From contig JBMNIH010000002.1 of the NCBI GenBank assembly GCA_050950825.1, positions 520,210-584,209 on the forward strand: DNA of 64,000 nucleotides, read 5' to 3'. Positions 38,949 to 49,800 of the stretch are shown here, piece after piece (positions within the stretch are counted from its first letter, which is position 1; each line of letters starts with the position of its first letter). The stretch is from Clostridia bacterium (GTDB lineage: Bacteria; Bacillota; Clostridia; JAAYHZ01). The notes under the pieces are model-generated. The model did no database searches. It worked only from the letters and a program-made list of their open reading frames with translations, and was not told the origin of the DNA. The position numbers and the translations under genes are program-made.

Positions 38949-39497
38949 ATGTGGATTTATGAAAGAAAACTTCAATATCCGATAAAAATTAAAAACCCCG
39001 ACCCTCGAATGGCGAAGGTAATCATAACCCAATTCGGCGGTCCGGACGGAGAACTGGCGGCATCCTTAAGGTACCTATGCCAAAGATACTGCATGCCCAG
39101 AAAAGAAGTTTCGGGAATATTAAACGATATCGGGACGGAGGAACTGGCTCATTTGGAAATGGTTGGTACAATGGTAAAACAATTGGTTGCCGGTGTGCCC
39201 CCGGAAGAACTGGCGAAGCATGGACTCGGCGGGTACTACGCGGACCATGGCTACAGCCTGTTCCCGGTAGACGGCAACGGCGTTCCCTTTACCGCCGCCT
39301 ATTTCGCATCGAAGGGTGATCCCGTAGCGGATTTGGTGGAAGATATGGCAGCGGAACAAAAGGCTCGTGCAGTTTATGAAAACTTAATCGATTTGGCCGA
39401 TGACCCGGATGTCATCGATCCCCTCAGATGGCTAAGAGAAAGAGAAGTCGTCCATTTCCAACGCTTCGGCGAAGCGTTGCGCATGATAACGGAGTAA
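38949..39497 (+). CDS. cotJC: Spore coat protein CotJC (Mn-catalase family)
   Basis: MWIYERKLQYP, GGPDGEL, IGTEELAHLE and REVVHFQRFGEAL motifs. Confidence 0.93.
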   Translation: MWIYERKLQYPIKIKNPDPRMAKVIITQFGGPDGELAASLRYLCQRYCMPRKEVSGILNDIGTEELAHLEMVGTMVKQLVAGVPPEELAKHGLGGYYADHGYSLFPVDGNGVPFTAAYFASKGDPVADLVEDMAAEQKARAVYENLIDLADDPDVIDPLRWLREREVVHFQRFGEALRMITE

Positions 39498-39516
39498 TCC
39501 CCTATGTTAATGAACT

Positions 39517-39543
39517 AAAGAGGAGATTCGGCTCTCCTCTTTT
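39517..39543. terminator. Bidirectional terminator, copy 1 of a repeated GAGGAGA/TCTCCTC hairpin
   Basis: AAAGAGGAGA-ttcggc-TCTCCTCTTT after cotJC. Confidence 0.75.
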
Positions 39544-39599
39544 CTGTTTTCAGTTTACTGAAGATACCGTATCATCCGTAATCCGACAACGATTCTTGA

Positions 39600-40386
39600 C
39601 CTTTACCCGTGACCTATTGTTTTTCGTATGGCTTCCGTTACCATCTCTTTATATCTATCGGAATCGACAATCTCGTCAATGCCTTGCTTTATTCTTTCTA
39701 CGGCGTATTTCTCGAAAGGGTTGATTATGAATTCACTGATTGTTTTCTTAAGTAATCATTTCTTGCTTGGCTTTGTAAACCGAGTTCGGAATAACCTAAG
39801 AATAATAATTTTAAATCTACGTTGTTATCATCATCCGAATCGATGACTTGAAAAATTATCGGATATTTTGCTTGATATGTTCTTTCTCGATAGACCCGGA
39901 TCAATGTATCATATTTCCCGCCTAAAAAAGCTTTGTCCGAAAAATTAGCTGTCAAATTATAGAAAGCGTATATGGTGTTTTCCGAAAAACGATAATGCCG
40001 AAGTTCCATTAACTGTGACCCGAAAGTCAAAATATCCGCCGCATCTTTATGCGTCATAAGCCACTGCATGAAAATCAAAGCTTTTTCCGGTTGGTGCTTG
40101 TGATAGGAACCATAACATGAATGAATGTGTTAAGGTTCCCGAGGTTGCGGTTGTAAAATTTTTCATCATTGATATCAAATACTACGCCATAACCGGCGTT
40201 TCCGGAAAAAAAGCAATAATCGGAATTATATGTAGCATATTGCAATAACGTATACCAATCGGTCTCGATTTTATTGAAACCATATTCCGGTTCGTTACCG
40301 TGATACAAGTTATCCATAAATTCATATAAAGCATCGACATTATTGATCGTATGGATGTCGATACCAGTTTCATCAAGCAATTCATT
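39600..40386 (-). pseudogene. 5'-truncated, internally deleted copy of the solute-binding-like lipoprotein
   Basis: Fragments NELLDETGIDIHTINNVDALYEFMD, IFMQWLMTHKDAADILTFGSQL, NTIYAFYNLTANFSDKAFL and a C-terminal remnant, in several frames. Left end approximate. Confidence 0.8.
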
Positions 40387-42042
40387 TTATTTCATCAATT
40401 GCTTTAAAGCTTCTTTTATGGTTTCTGCTACGATTACTTTATAATCTTCCAAATCGCCAATCTCGTCAAGACCTTGTTTGATTCTCATTGCATCTAAATT
40501 GCTGTTTGGATTTAATAGGAGTTCTTCAATTGAATTTCTAAGATAGCGATTTCTTTTTGTAATTAGAGAATTATAAGGTTGGGTAATAGAAGAAATCAAA
40601 GTGGATAATTTTACATAACGTTCATTGTCCGAATCGATTAACCGGTATAATACCGGATATGCCGCTTGATATGTCTTCTCTTTATACTCATGTATCACAT
40701 CATATTTCCCGTATAAAAATGCTTTGTCCGAAAAGTTAGCTATCAAGTTACAAAATGCATATATGGTATTGTTTTTTTCAGGAATGATCCTTCCGTCCTC
40801 CGAAAATCGATAATGTTGACGATTCATTAGTTGTGATCCGAAGGTCAATATATCCGCCGCTTCCTTATCGGTCATCAGCCATTGCATAAAGATCAGCGCT
40901 TTTTCCGGATGGGTACATGTAGTGGGAACCATGACATGTATGAAAGCATTAAATTGATTAATAACAGGTTTCATGTCATCGAATAGCACGATGGAATATT
41001 TGTGGAACGGGTTATCCTGTTCATTATCCGTATATTGGGATAACGCTTTGGTTATATGGGGCGACCAAGAAATCAAAACCATATCTTGTAATCCGGTTTG
41101 TATTATAATATTTTCATATAGCGTATTTGAATCTGTTGTAAAATATCCGTTTATAAAGAATTTGTTAAACTTGTTCAAGAAGTAATCAATAATTTCCGTG
41201 TCTTCAAGAAAATAAGGGGTACATTTTTCGTCATTCATAGTAAATAGAGAACTGCCATAATCATAATAATCCGAATTACATATGGCATAATGTAATAACG
41301 TGCCACCTGAAACCCATATCTTATTAAAACCGTCTTTTGGCTCATTGCCTTGATATAAGTTATCCATAAACTCGTATAAAGCATCAACGTTTTTAATGGT
41401 ATTGATATCGACACCGGTCTCTTCAAGCAATTCATTTTTAACCATTAACGCCAAAGCCGTTATTGAAGGCATTCCCGTATAAATCGCATAGACCTTGCCG
41501 TCAATGATGAAATTATCTTTGATTTGCGGATATTTTTCAAAATTTAAGATGGCTTCCGGGCAGAAGCGTTCCAAGTAAGGAGATAAGTCCATATATAAAT
41601 CGAGATATTGTTGACCCCAATGCAGGTTCGATTTATTATGTATATCTATAGATTGTTCGGGAAAGATTAAATCTCCCGATAACCCTGCCATTATATGAAG
41701 AGTGTAAATGCTGTCTTTCGTAGACTCTAACGATTGCGTTGTAGGTATTTCTGTAAATTTAATTGGGAATCCCAGTTTTTCCTTACATAGATTTGATAGA
41801 TTAAGAAAATTGATCAACATAGCATCATTTGTATCAACTTTATTACCCCAAAACGCAGAACCCTTTTTTGTATATAAAATCTCCAGGGGTGTAATATCCG
41901 TTAAAAAGGAAACGTTTTCTTCCGGAGTTATGTTATCTTTTACGGTTATTGATATTTCCATATGATCATTCTGACTTTGACAGGATGTCATAAAAATTAT
42001 GAATATCAACATCAATATTTTTATTTTATATGATTTATACAT
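40387..42042 (-). CDS. Lipoprotein, extracellular solute-binding-protein-like; the only intact family member in the window
   Basis: Lipobox FMTSC; MDLSPYLERFCPE, IDGKVYAI, LMVKNELLEETGVD and PEKALIFMQWL resemble clostridial family-1 SBPs. Confidence 0.75.
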   Translation of the reverse strand: MYKSYKIKILMLIFIIFMTSCQSQNDHMEISITVKDNITPEENVSFLTDITPLEILYTKKGSAFWGNKVDTNDAMLINFLNLSNLCKEKLGFPIKFTEIPTTQSLESTKDSIYTLHIMAGLSGDLIFPEQSIDIHNKSNLHWGQQYLDLYMDLSPYLERFCPEAILNFEKYPQIKDNFIIDGKVYAIYTGMPSITALALMVKNELLEETGVDINTIKNVDALYEFMDNLYQGNEPKDGFNKIWVSGGTLLHYAICNSDYYDYGSSLFTMNDEKCTPYFLEDTEIIDYFLNKFNKFFINGYFTTDSNTLYENIIIQTGLQDMVLISWSPHITKALSQYTDNEQDNPFHKYSIVLFDDMKPVINQFNAFIHVMVPTTCTHPEKALIFMQWLMTDKEAADILTFGSQLMNRQHYRFSEDGRIIPEKNNTIYAFCNLIANFSDKAFLYGKYDVIHEYKEKTYQAAYPVLYRLIDSDNERYVKLSTLISSITQPYNSLITKRNRYLRNSIEELLLNPNSNLDAMRIKQGLDEIGDLEDYKVIVAETIKEALKQLMK

Positions 42043-42069
42043 GCTGAACCTCTTTTCGAAATTTTTCTT

Positions 42070-42612
42070 ATTTGCAGAAATTCATCATCCTTTACTTTGA
42101 TCAATAGCTAAAATTTCTTTTATTGCTTCGATATAGCTTTCGGAGACGACAATCTCGTCAAGTCCTTCTTCCATTCTTACGGCATATAACTTGCTATAAG
42201 GATTCGATATCTACTCTTCTATGGATTTTGTAAGGTTATTACTTCTATTTGATTGTTGTACAGAAATATACCCCTGAACAAAAAAGTCACTATGTTTTTA
42301 TAACGCTTATTATCCGCATCGATTAATTTGCAGATTATCGGATATTCCGACCGATATGTCTATTCCCTATAGTCCTGTAACAAAGACCTTTTTTTCCGAA
42401 CAAAAACGCTTTATCCGAAAAATTAGCTACCAAATTACAACATAGAATTTCTAACGGCACATCCGCTAAATATGAAAAATCGTCTTCCGGTGTCTTGATC
42501 TCTATCATGGTACCCGATAGTCAAAATTTGAGGAATTTTGATTTTGACAAGATGTTGCCGCGATAATCAGTATCAATACAATGATTGATATTCTTTTATG
42601 TAATTTGCACAT
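42070..42612 (-). pseudogene. Lipoprotein family copy with a ~1.1-kb internal deletion
   Basis: GAGGAG RBS, MCKLHKRISII..AATSC lipobox, then TPEDDFSYLADVPLEIL joined directly to CNLVANFSDKAFL and a frameshifted C-terminus. Confidence 0.75.
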
Positions 42613-42843
42613 GACTCCTCACCTCAAAAAGAATTCACATTAATCTTTGTGCATTACGAGACTTGGCAGAATGTGCATTCGTCTTTATATATGTAACAAC
42701 GAATTAAAAAATCATCCTCTCTATTTACAATATATCACTTTTATTCCAATTAAGCAATTCCTTATATGTCAAAGAGGATATAAGCCCGGGTTTTGTCCGT
42801 TTGACCGATAAGTGAATTGGAGAGTATTCTTTTTATGGAAAAC

Positions 42844-42872
42844 AAAAAAGAGGAGATTCGCTTCTCCCCTTT
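42844..42872 (-). terminator. Terminator, copy 2 of the repeated hairpin
   Basis: AAAAAAGAGGAGA-ttcgct-TCTCCCCTTT downstream of the oxidoreductase. Confidence 0.65.
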
Positions 42873-42887
42873 ATCTTTTTATTGACA

Positions 42888-43943
42888 TTAAAAATCGTAA
42901 GATACCGTAACGTTTTTTCCGTTGGCGGCAGCGGATTCAACAAGGGCCAGACATGCAGCGACCGTACAGGCGCCTTCCCTTCCGTCGGTTTTCACAGATT
43001 TATCCCGAAGAATACAATCGATGAATTCGCCCAATTCAGCGGCCGTATTATGGTTATTTATAGATACGGGGTATTGAATACCCATTGTTTGGTCACTGAC
43101 CCCTTCAAAAATTCCGTCCTTATCCGATAGCTTTTCTTTAAAAACGGTAATATGGTTCGAAGTATTGTCGGCAATAAGGGTTCCTTTTGTACCGTAAAAT
43201 ACGGAACGCATGGTATAGGCTCTTTTGCATCCGACGGATACAAAAACTTTTCCGATGACGTCCTTCGGGAATTTCATAATGCCGACGGTACAATCGTCCA
43301 CAGGCCAGTGGGACAATACCTTCCTGTTCGAAAAAGCGCATACTTCATAAGGATTCCCTGCAATCCACCTCAACAGATCCACTGCATGGCATCCGCCTCC
43401 TAAAGCGGGATGACGCAATCTCACGGGGTCGATTCTCCAATTACCGATACCGGGAATGTGGGTATAATCGTGGGCATACTCCGATTCGACAAAAAATAAT
43501 TCTCCGATTTCGCCGCGATCTATGAATCTCTTCGCCGTTATAAATCCCGGAGCATAACGGCAAACCTGTCCGATCATCAGCTTTTTTCCCGATCTATCGC
43601 TTGCCGCAATCATATTTTTACATTCTTCCGTCGTCATAGCCATGGGTTTTTCGCAAAGTACATGCTTGCCCGCTTCCAAGGCGGCTATCGTGTGCTCCGC
43701 ATGCAATTGGTCGGGCGTTGCTACGACGACGACATCGATATCTTCTCTCTTAAGAAGCTCTTTATAATCCGTATAACAATCCTCCTCCGTTTTGTCCATG
43801 CTTGCCATCGCATTTTTAAGAGTTTCTTCTTTGTTATCACATAGCGCGACAAGCTTACCTCCTTTACAAAGCTTCAACCCTCTTGCATGGGACAAGCCCA
43901 TACGGCAACCGATGATACCAAACCCCAATTCCTCTTTTGACAT
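42888..43943 (-). CDS. Gfo/Idh/MocA family oxidoreductase
   Basis: FGIIGC, VATPDQLH, GKHVLCEKPMA, GEIGE and GCHAVD motifs. Confidence 0.92.
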   Translation of the reverse strand: MSKEELGFGIIGCRMGLSHARGLKLCKGGKLVALCDNKEETLKNAMASMDKTEEDCYTDYKELLKREDIDVVVVATPDQLHAEHTIAALEAGKHVLCEKPMAMTTEECKNMIAASDRSGKKLMIGQVCRYAPGFITAKRFIDRGEIGELFFVESEYAHDYTHIPGIGNWRIDPVRLRHPALGGGCHAVDLLRWIAGNPYEVCAFSNRKVLSHWPVDDCTVGIMKFPKDVIGKVFVSVGCKRAYTMRSVFYGTKGTLIADNTSNHITVFKEKLSDKDGIFEGVSDQTMGIQYPVSINNHNTAAELGEFIDCILRDKSVKTDGREGACTVAACLALVESAAANGKNVTVSYDF

Positions 43944-44085
43944 AGTAATCCTCCTTACCGTTTACCGAAAAGCGATTGTCATCAAAAACCTTTCGCTAAC
44001 GTATCACTTATCTATATGATCATTATATAGCAATCGGATATGAACGAACCGGATACACATACAATATGATCCTCTTATTTTTCAT

Positions 44086-45715
44086 TTAGAGTGAATTGAG
44101 TGCATCGATGATCCGCTCCTTGTATTCCTTGGCATCTAAAATTTCGCTTAATCCGTCCTTGATTCTTTCCGTATTCAAGCCGCCGTAGGAGTTTCGCAGG
44201 ATTTCGTCGATCGAATTTCGTAGATAGCTTGCTCTTTTATCACTTTGCGTTCTTATAGGTTCCGACTTAAAAATATCACGTAATTTCTTGTATCGTTCGT
44301 TGTCCGAATCGATTAATTGATAAAAATAAGGATAAATTGCTTGATAGGTTCTTTCTTTGTATTGATGTATCACATCATTACAGCCGTATAAAAACGCTTT
44401 ATCCGAAAAATTGGCTACCAAATTGCAAAAACCGTATATGGTGTTTCTCTTTTCAGGGATAATAGTTCCGTCCTCTGCAAATCGATAATGCTTGATTGTC
44501 ATCAACTGCGACCCGAAAGTCAAAATATCGGCAACTTCTTTGTCCGTCATAAGCCACTGCATAAAGATCAAAGCTTTTTCCGGTTGAGTACTCGTAATAG
44601 GAACCGAAATATGAATGAAAGTATTAAACCAATCAACGACAGGCTTCATGTCATTGAATAGAACAATGGAGTATTTTTTTAAGTATGTTGTCTTTCTCAT
44701 CAATCGAATATTTTGAGAATTCTTTTGTCACAAAAGGATACCAATTCAGCAAAGCCATTTCTTGTGATCCGTTTCCTATAAGGTCATATATATTACTACC
44801 GTAAGAAAAATAGCCGTCCTTAAAAAACCGATTAAATATATTATAGAAGTTATCAAGTATTTCGGTTTCTTCAATAAGATGAGGAATGCATTTTTCATCA
44901 TTCATATCAAAAACAAAGCTCTCGGAATCCTTGAAGTAATAACCGGAATTATAGGCAGCATATTTTAATAATGTAAACCCAAAGGTCGCAATTTTGTTTA
45001 ATTGACTCTCCGGTGCGCTACCGTGAGACAAGCTGTCCATAAATTCGTATAAAGCATCGACATTATTGACCGTATGGATATCAACACCGGTTTTTTCAAG
45101 CAAATCATTTTTGACCATTAGAGCAATCGCCGATATATTGGGCATTCCCGCATAAATCGCGTAAACCTTACCGTTAATGATGAAATTATCTTTGATTTGC
45201 GGATACCTTTCAAAATTTAAGATGGCTTCAGGGCAGAATCGTTCCAAGTACGGAGTCAAATCCATATAGAGGTTCGTATACGATGGCCCCCAATGAAAAT
45301 CATGTTTATTTTCATAATCGATCTCCCGGCATGGAAAAATCAAATCTCCCGATAATCCTGCCTGTATATGAAGAGCAAAAGCACTGTCTAGGCTTGCAGG
45401 TTGAGAAAATTGCGATGCAGATATTTTTGTAAATTTAACCGGGAAACCGAATTTTTCTTTACACAAATTTGATAAATTAATATAATTCACGGTCGGAGCA
45501 TCATTAGAGTCATATCCTGTGCCCCATAGCTTATCATCCGTATACAAGATTTCCAGCGGAGCATCCGTTAGAAAGGAAAAATTCTCTTTCGGGTTCAGGA
45601 CTTCTTTTTCGGGTTCCGACATCTCCAAATTGCTCCTACTCCCGTTTTGACAAGCTGTCAAAAGAATCATAAAGATCAATGCGATGAAGATACTTTTCCG
45701 GATTTTAACCATCAT
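44086..45715 (-). pseudogene. Full-length lipoprotein family copy split by a single +1 in an A7 run (44674-44680)
   Basis: Lipobox LLTAC. ORFs 44651-45715 and 44086-44703 join as EKDNILKKYSIV if one A is removed. Confidence 0.82.
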
Positions 45716-46133
45716 TTACACCCCAATACGAAAGACAGCTATAAAATATAAATGTTATCTTGATTCATATTTTATCATTATTGGTGATTAAGTCAATGTT
45801 TTCATAATATTATAAAAGTAATAGATAAATATATTAATAATCGTACAAGAGAATGCAAGTGAATGAAATTTAATTCCTTCAAGGTAAAAGATGGACTACA
45901 ATTACATAATATAGTATAATGGAAATATAGTATAATGAAAATATCCTTTTACTAATCATAAGCTATTAAAAGATGACGAAAAAGAGCAGTATACCGGTCT
46001 TCCTAAAGTAAGGTCCCGTACCGTTTTTTAGCCGTCTTTAGTGGCCGTATATCGATGTTCATCGATTTCGATTTCATTATATAACAACCGTATGCAGACA
46101 ATCCGCTTTTGCTGTTTTGGGGGGTCGCGGTAT

Positions 46134-46856
46134 ATGCTTTTTGAAATAATTTTTCTCTCAGCAGGAATATTTTTAATCGGTTCGGCGATAACCGGTATTC
46201 TTCGAAATGTTCATGTCAAAAAAACGGGTATATCGGTAACAGCCGCAATCGTAGATATACGGCAATCCCGTCGAGCCGGAAAAAACAAAAGCTACACCCT
46301 CTATTGCCCGATTTTTGAATACCGCGTCGACGGCAAGGTGATAAAAACGAAAGGCCCCGCCTCGACACATGTTCCCTATTCCATCGGATCCGTAACGGAA
46401 ATTCAATATGACCCGAAAAAACCCAACAGAATTGTAACGCAAGAATCGCCGGTTAAAGGACATGTCACCCCTTGTTTGATCGGGGGTTTTTTTGTCTTTG
46501 GGTCCGTTTTATCAATGACGCGTGACAAACCGCTTGAATTGAAGGGATTCGCTGTATTCTTCGTCATACTCCTTGTTGTTTCTCTGTTCGCCTTTATCAT
46601 CATCAAAGCTTTGCGAGCGTACATAAGCAAAACCAAAAGGGACATTTTGGAAGGTCGGACGGCAAATAATGTACTTGTGGCAGCGAAAAAAGATAACAAT
46701 ACCGTCGTTTTCGAATTTGTAAACGGCAACCGTATAAGTTTCGAGGTTCCCGAATCGGTATATAAGGAGCTTTGTCCGAAAGATCGTGGAACGCTGACTT
46801 TTAAAAATCTGCAATTTATTAATTTTGAGAGAACGTATAGACAGAAGGAGGAATAA
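46134..46856 (+). CDS. Membrane protein with DUF3592-like and DUF2500-like domains
   Basis: TM, then YCPIFEYRVDG..IQYDPKKP, two TMs, then VFEFVNGNRISFEVPESVYKEL..DRGTLTFK. Ends 3 nt before the giant ORF. Confidence 0.65.
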   Translation: MLFEIIFLSAGIFLIGSAITGILRNVHVKKTGISVTAAIVDIRQSRRAGKNKSYTLYCPIFEYRVDGKVIKTKGPASTHVPYSIGSVTEIQYDPKKPNRIVTQESPVKGHVTPCLIGGFFVFGSVLSMTRDKPLELKGFAVFFVILLVVSLFAFIIIKALRAYISKTKRDILEGRTANNVLVAAKKDNNTVVFEFVNGNRISFEVPESVYKELCPKDRGTLTFKNLQFINFERTYRQKEE

Positions 46857-46859
46857 AAA

Positions 46860-49800
46860 ATGAAACAGACGAACGATCCATTCCGCCGGATATGGAAGTT
46901 ATTTCAAACATATCCTATCCCCTCGTTGTTAGTCACTTGCCTTGTATTGGGCATGATCGTTACGGGAATTTTATGGGGATCGGGTGCTTTTGCACCGGTC
47001 CCAGCCTTTACATATCTGCCCGATCGAGAATATATTCTTGCTCCCGATACCCCTTCGGAGCCAAAAACACTAAAAGAGTTATTGCATAGCGATACTCCCG
47101 ATGCGGATATTCTGTTGAAAAACCCCTCCATTGCTCGGGAGCTGGCCCAAGCCGAAAAGTTAACGGATATCGTCGATTCCCGTTTGGCTTTGAACAATCT
47201 TCGTACCTTGGATCAACAGTTGGCAGAATTGTTAAATGACGAATCCATGATTGTTCTTGATTTTTCCGATGAATCGGAAGCATCGGTCGCCGGCCTCGAA
47301 GCCTCTCCCGATTCTTCCGATTCCCCCGATCAACCTTCTCCTTCGTTTTCCCCAAAAAACATCCTGATTCTTGAGGAACAACGAAACAAAACGATGAGTT
47401 TAAAATCCCATACGGAAAGGCTGTTAAAAGCCCCGGAGCTCGGTCAAATGATCGGCTATCCTCCGACTATAAATGTAAAAGGGGTATGGCAGTCTCCGGA
47501 TGAAGCTCTTATACACATGGTACCCTCGGGAGATTGGCTGCCTGAACAAGGCTACAAATTGTATCGTGTCGTCAACGGTCAAAAAACATTGATCGCCGAA
47601 AAGCTGGCATCTCCCGAGAAAGGCTTGCGGGGAGAACTGAAGGTTCTAAATGCCGATATGATACAAGAGCTGTATAAACAGGCGGATCTGTCCTCGGATA
47701 AACTTAAAGCATTGGGAATGAGCGCCGATGAATTTCGAAATATGGCGTATCGTACTTTTTCCTCCGAATCGAAGCCCCGCGTGAACGGAGAAATTGACTT
47801 TTTGGCCATGAAACAGGCCATGATTACCGTTCCCGCCGGCTACGAGCAAAAGATCCCTGAAACCGACCGGCTGTTAAACTCGTCTATTATTGTTTTGGGA
47901 AGCCAATTAAGCGAACCTTTTACCGGCAATGAAGCAAACGGGTTTCTTTGGAAAAAGTATTCCGTCAATCAAGCGAATTTTCCTACACCTATAGACACTT
48001 TAAAGCTTCAACCGGCGGGAGAAACGAAATTTTCACTGGCTCAACAAATCCTTGCGGCACGTCAGCAAATTTCTACATTGGCCTTTGTGAACGATGAATT
48101 TGCGGAAGCTGCAGGATTTCTCGTCCGTGACGATTTGTCCGAATTGAACCTTCCCGACGGTACCCAAATCACTTATTCGGTAGAAATGCCCGCTCATGCA
48201 AATAAAGAGATTTCCGTAACCAAGGGCGTGGAAAATAACCTTACACAGCCCCAAAAGCTTTTAGGATACGGAATTGACGGGACGGCACATTTGCGTTGGG
48301 CGGAAGCCGAATCTCAACAGGAAAAAAGCATATTGAGCGGTTATCATATCGAACGAAGGCTTGACGGAGAAAAAGAGTTCAAAAAAATCACCGATACACC
48401 CGTGGTTATCACCTATATTCTTGATGAAACGAACCTGTATTTTCAATCTCCCGTTTTTTATGAAGATACGGTGGATAACGGACGAACGGCGGAATACCGC
48501 ATATACTCCATCGATATTTTCGGAAGAAGGAGCGAGTACTCGGAGATTTTAACGGTGAATGTGGAAAAGGTGACGCCTCCGAATGCACCTACCGTAGAAG
48601 CTCCCCATTTTTCCAATATCGAAAAATTAACGGGAATCTCGGTTACCTCTTCGGAGCCTGAAATCGGCATCGCGGAATCGCCTATGGTTCAGTTGGTACA
48701 AAACGCGAATCCGGGGCTGCCGGGAGTCATTTTGCCGATTTTTACCGATTCTCCCGATACCGTCCGTTTTACCGTATACCGTGCAACGGCAGTAGGAGCC
48801 GGGAAAATTTCGGCGCCCGAAGCCGTCGCCGATATTGAATACGATAATCCGAAAGCCGGTTTAAGCGAAGAGGAAATTCAACCGCAGCTGTCGCTGACTT
48901 CCGAGTTTCCTAAGCTTAAGAGCAGTTACCGGGCATTCACGCTGAAAAAGGGTCTTTCGAAAAATGTGAAGTACTTGCAGCTTACCAATCCCGAATCCTT
49001 GAGTCCGGACATGATTTTCTTGGATACCGACATTGTAGAGGGTTGTACCTACAAATATTGGGTTTCGGCCTGGGATTCTTGGAACAACGAAAGCGCTTGG
49101 TCTCGGTCGGTTACGATGGCCGTGCCTACAAATGCGGAACCCGGGATCCCCGACGAGCTTTATATCTCCATGCATCAAAGGCAATTGATCGATACGTCAG
49201 CCGAGCCTCCCGGACTTCTGAATAACGCGACGGTGTCCTTTGCGGACCTGGAAAACAGGAAGGATCTTCCGTTTCGACCGGTTCCCGCAGGCTCGATTAC
49301 CGAGACCATTGAAAGTGCATTAACGGAGGGCGTCACCATCGGAAGCTTTGTTACCGCTTCCTCCTTGTTCCCTTCCGTTATCGACTTCGGATACAACAAC
49401 CTTCCGGAAGATAAATATATCCATGCAATTATAGCAATCCGCGGCGAAGACGTTTACCCCGACGGAACGGCGCGGCTCAAATGGCCGGCATATAGCGGTG
49501 AAAGCTTGGGCGGGTATATCATCTACAAGGCGCAGTTTAAAATGAGGCCTCTTGAAGAAATTCAACAAATGTCACAAGAAGATATACTGCGAATGGGCAG
49601 ATGGAAAAAGATGAACACATCCGCAAATACACAAAACCAAGTACTTATAAGCGGGTTGAATCCTATTCCGGGAAGCCTTTACTTGTTCTTGGTCTGTCTT
49701 CAACCCGATGAACCGGAGGAAAATATGTTTTCCTCTTTCTTCACAACAACCATGACAAGTCAGCTTCTCTACCAAACCGAGTATATATCTCACTTTCTTA

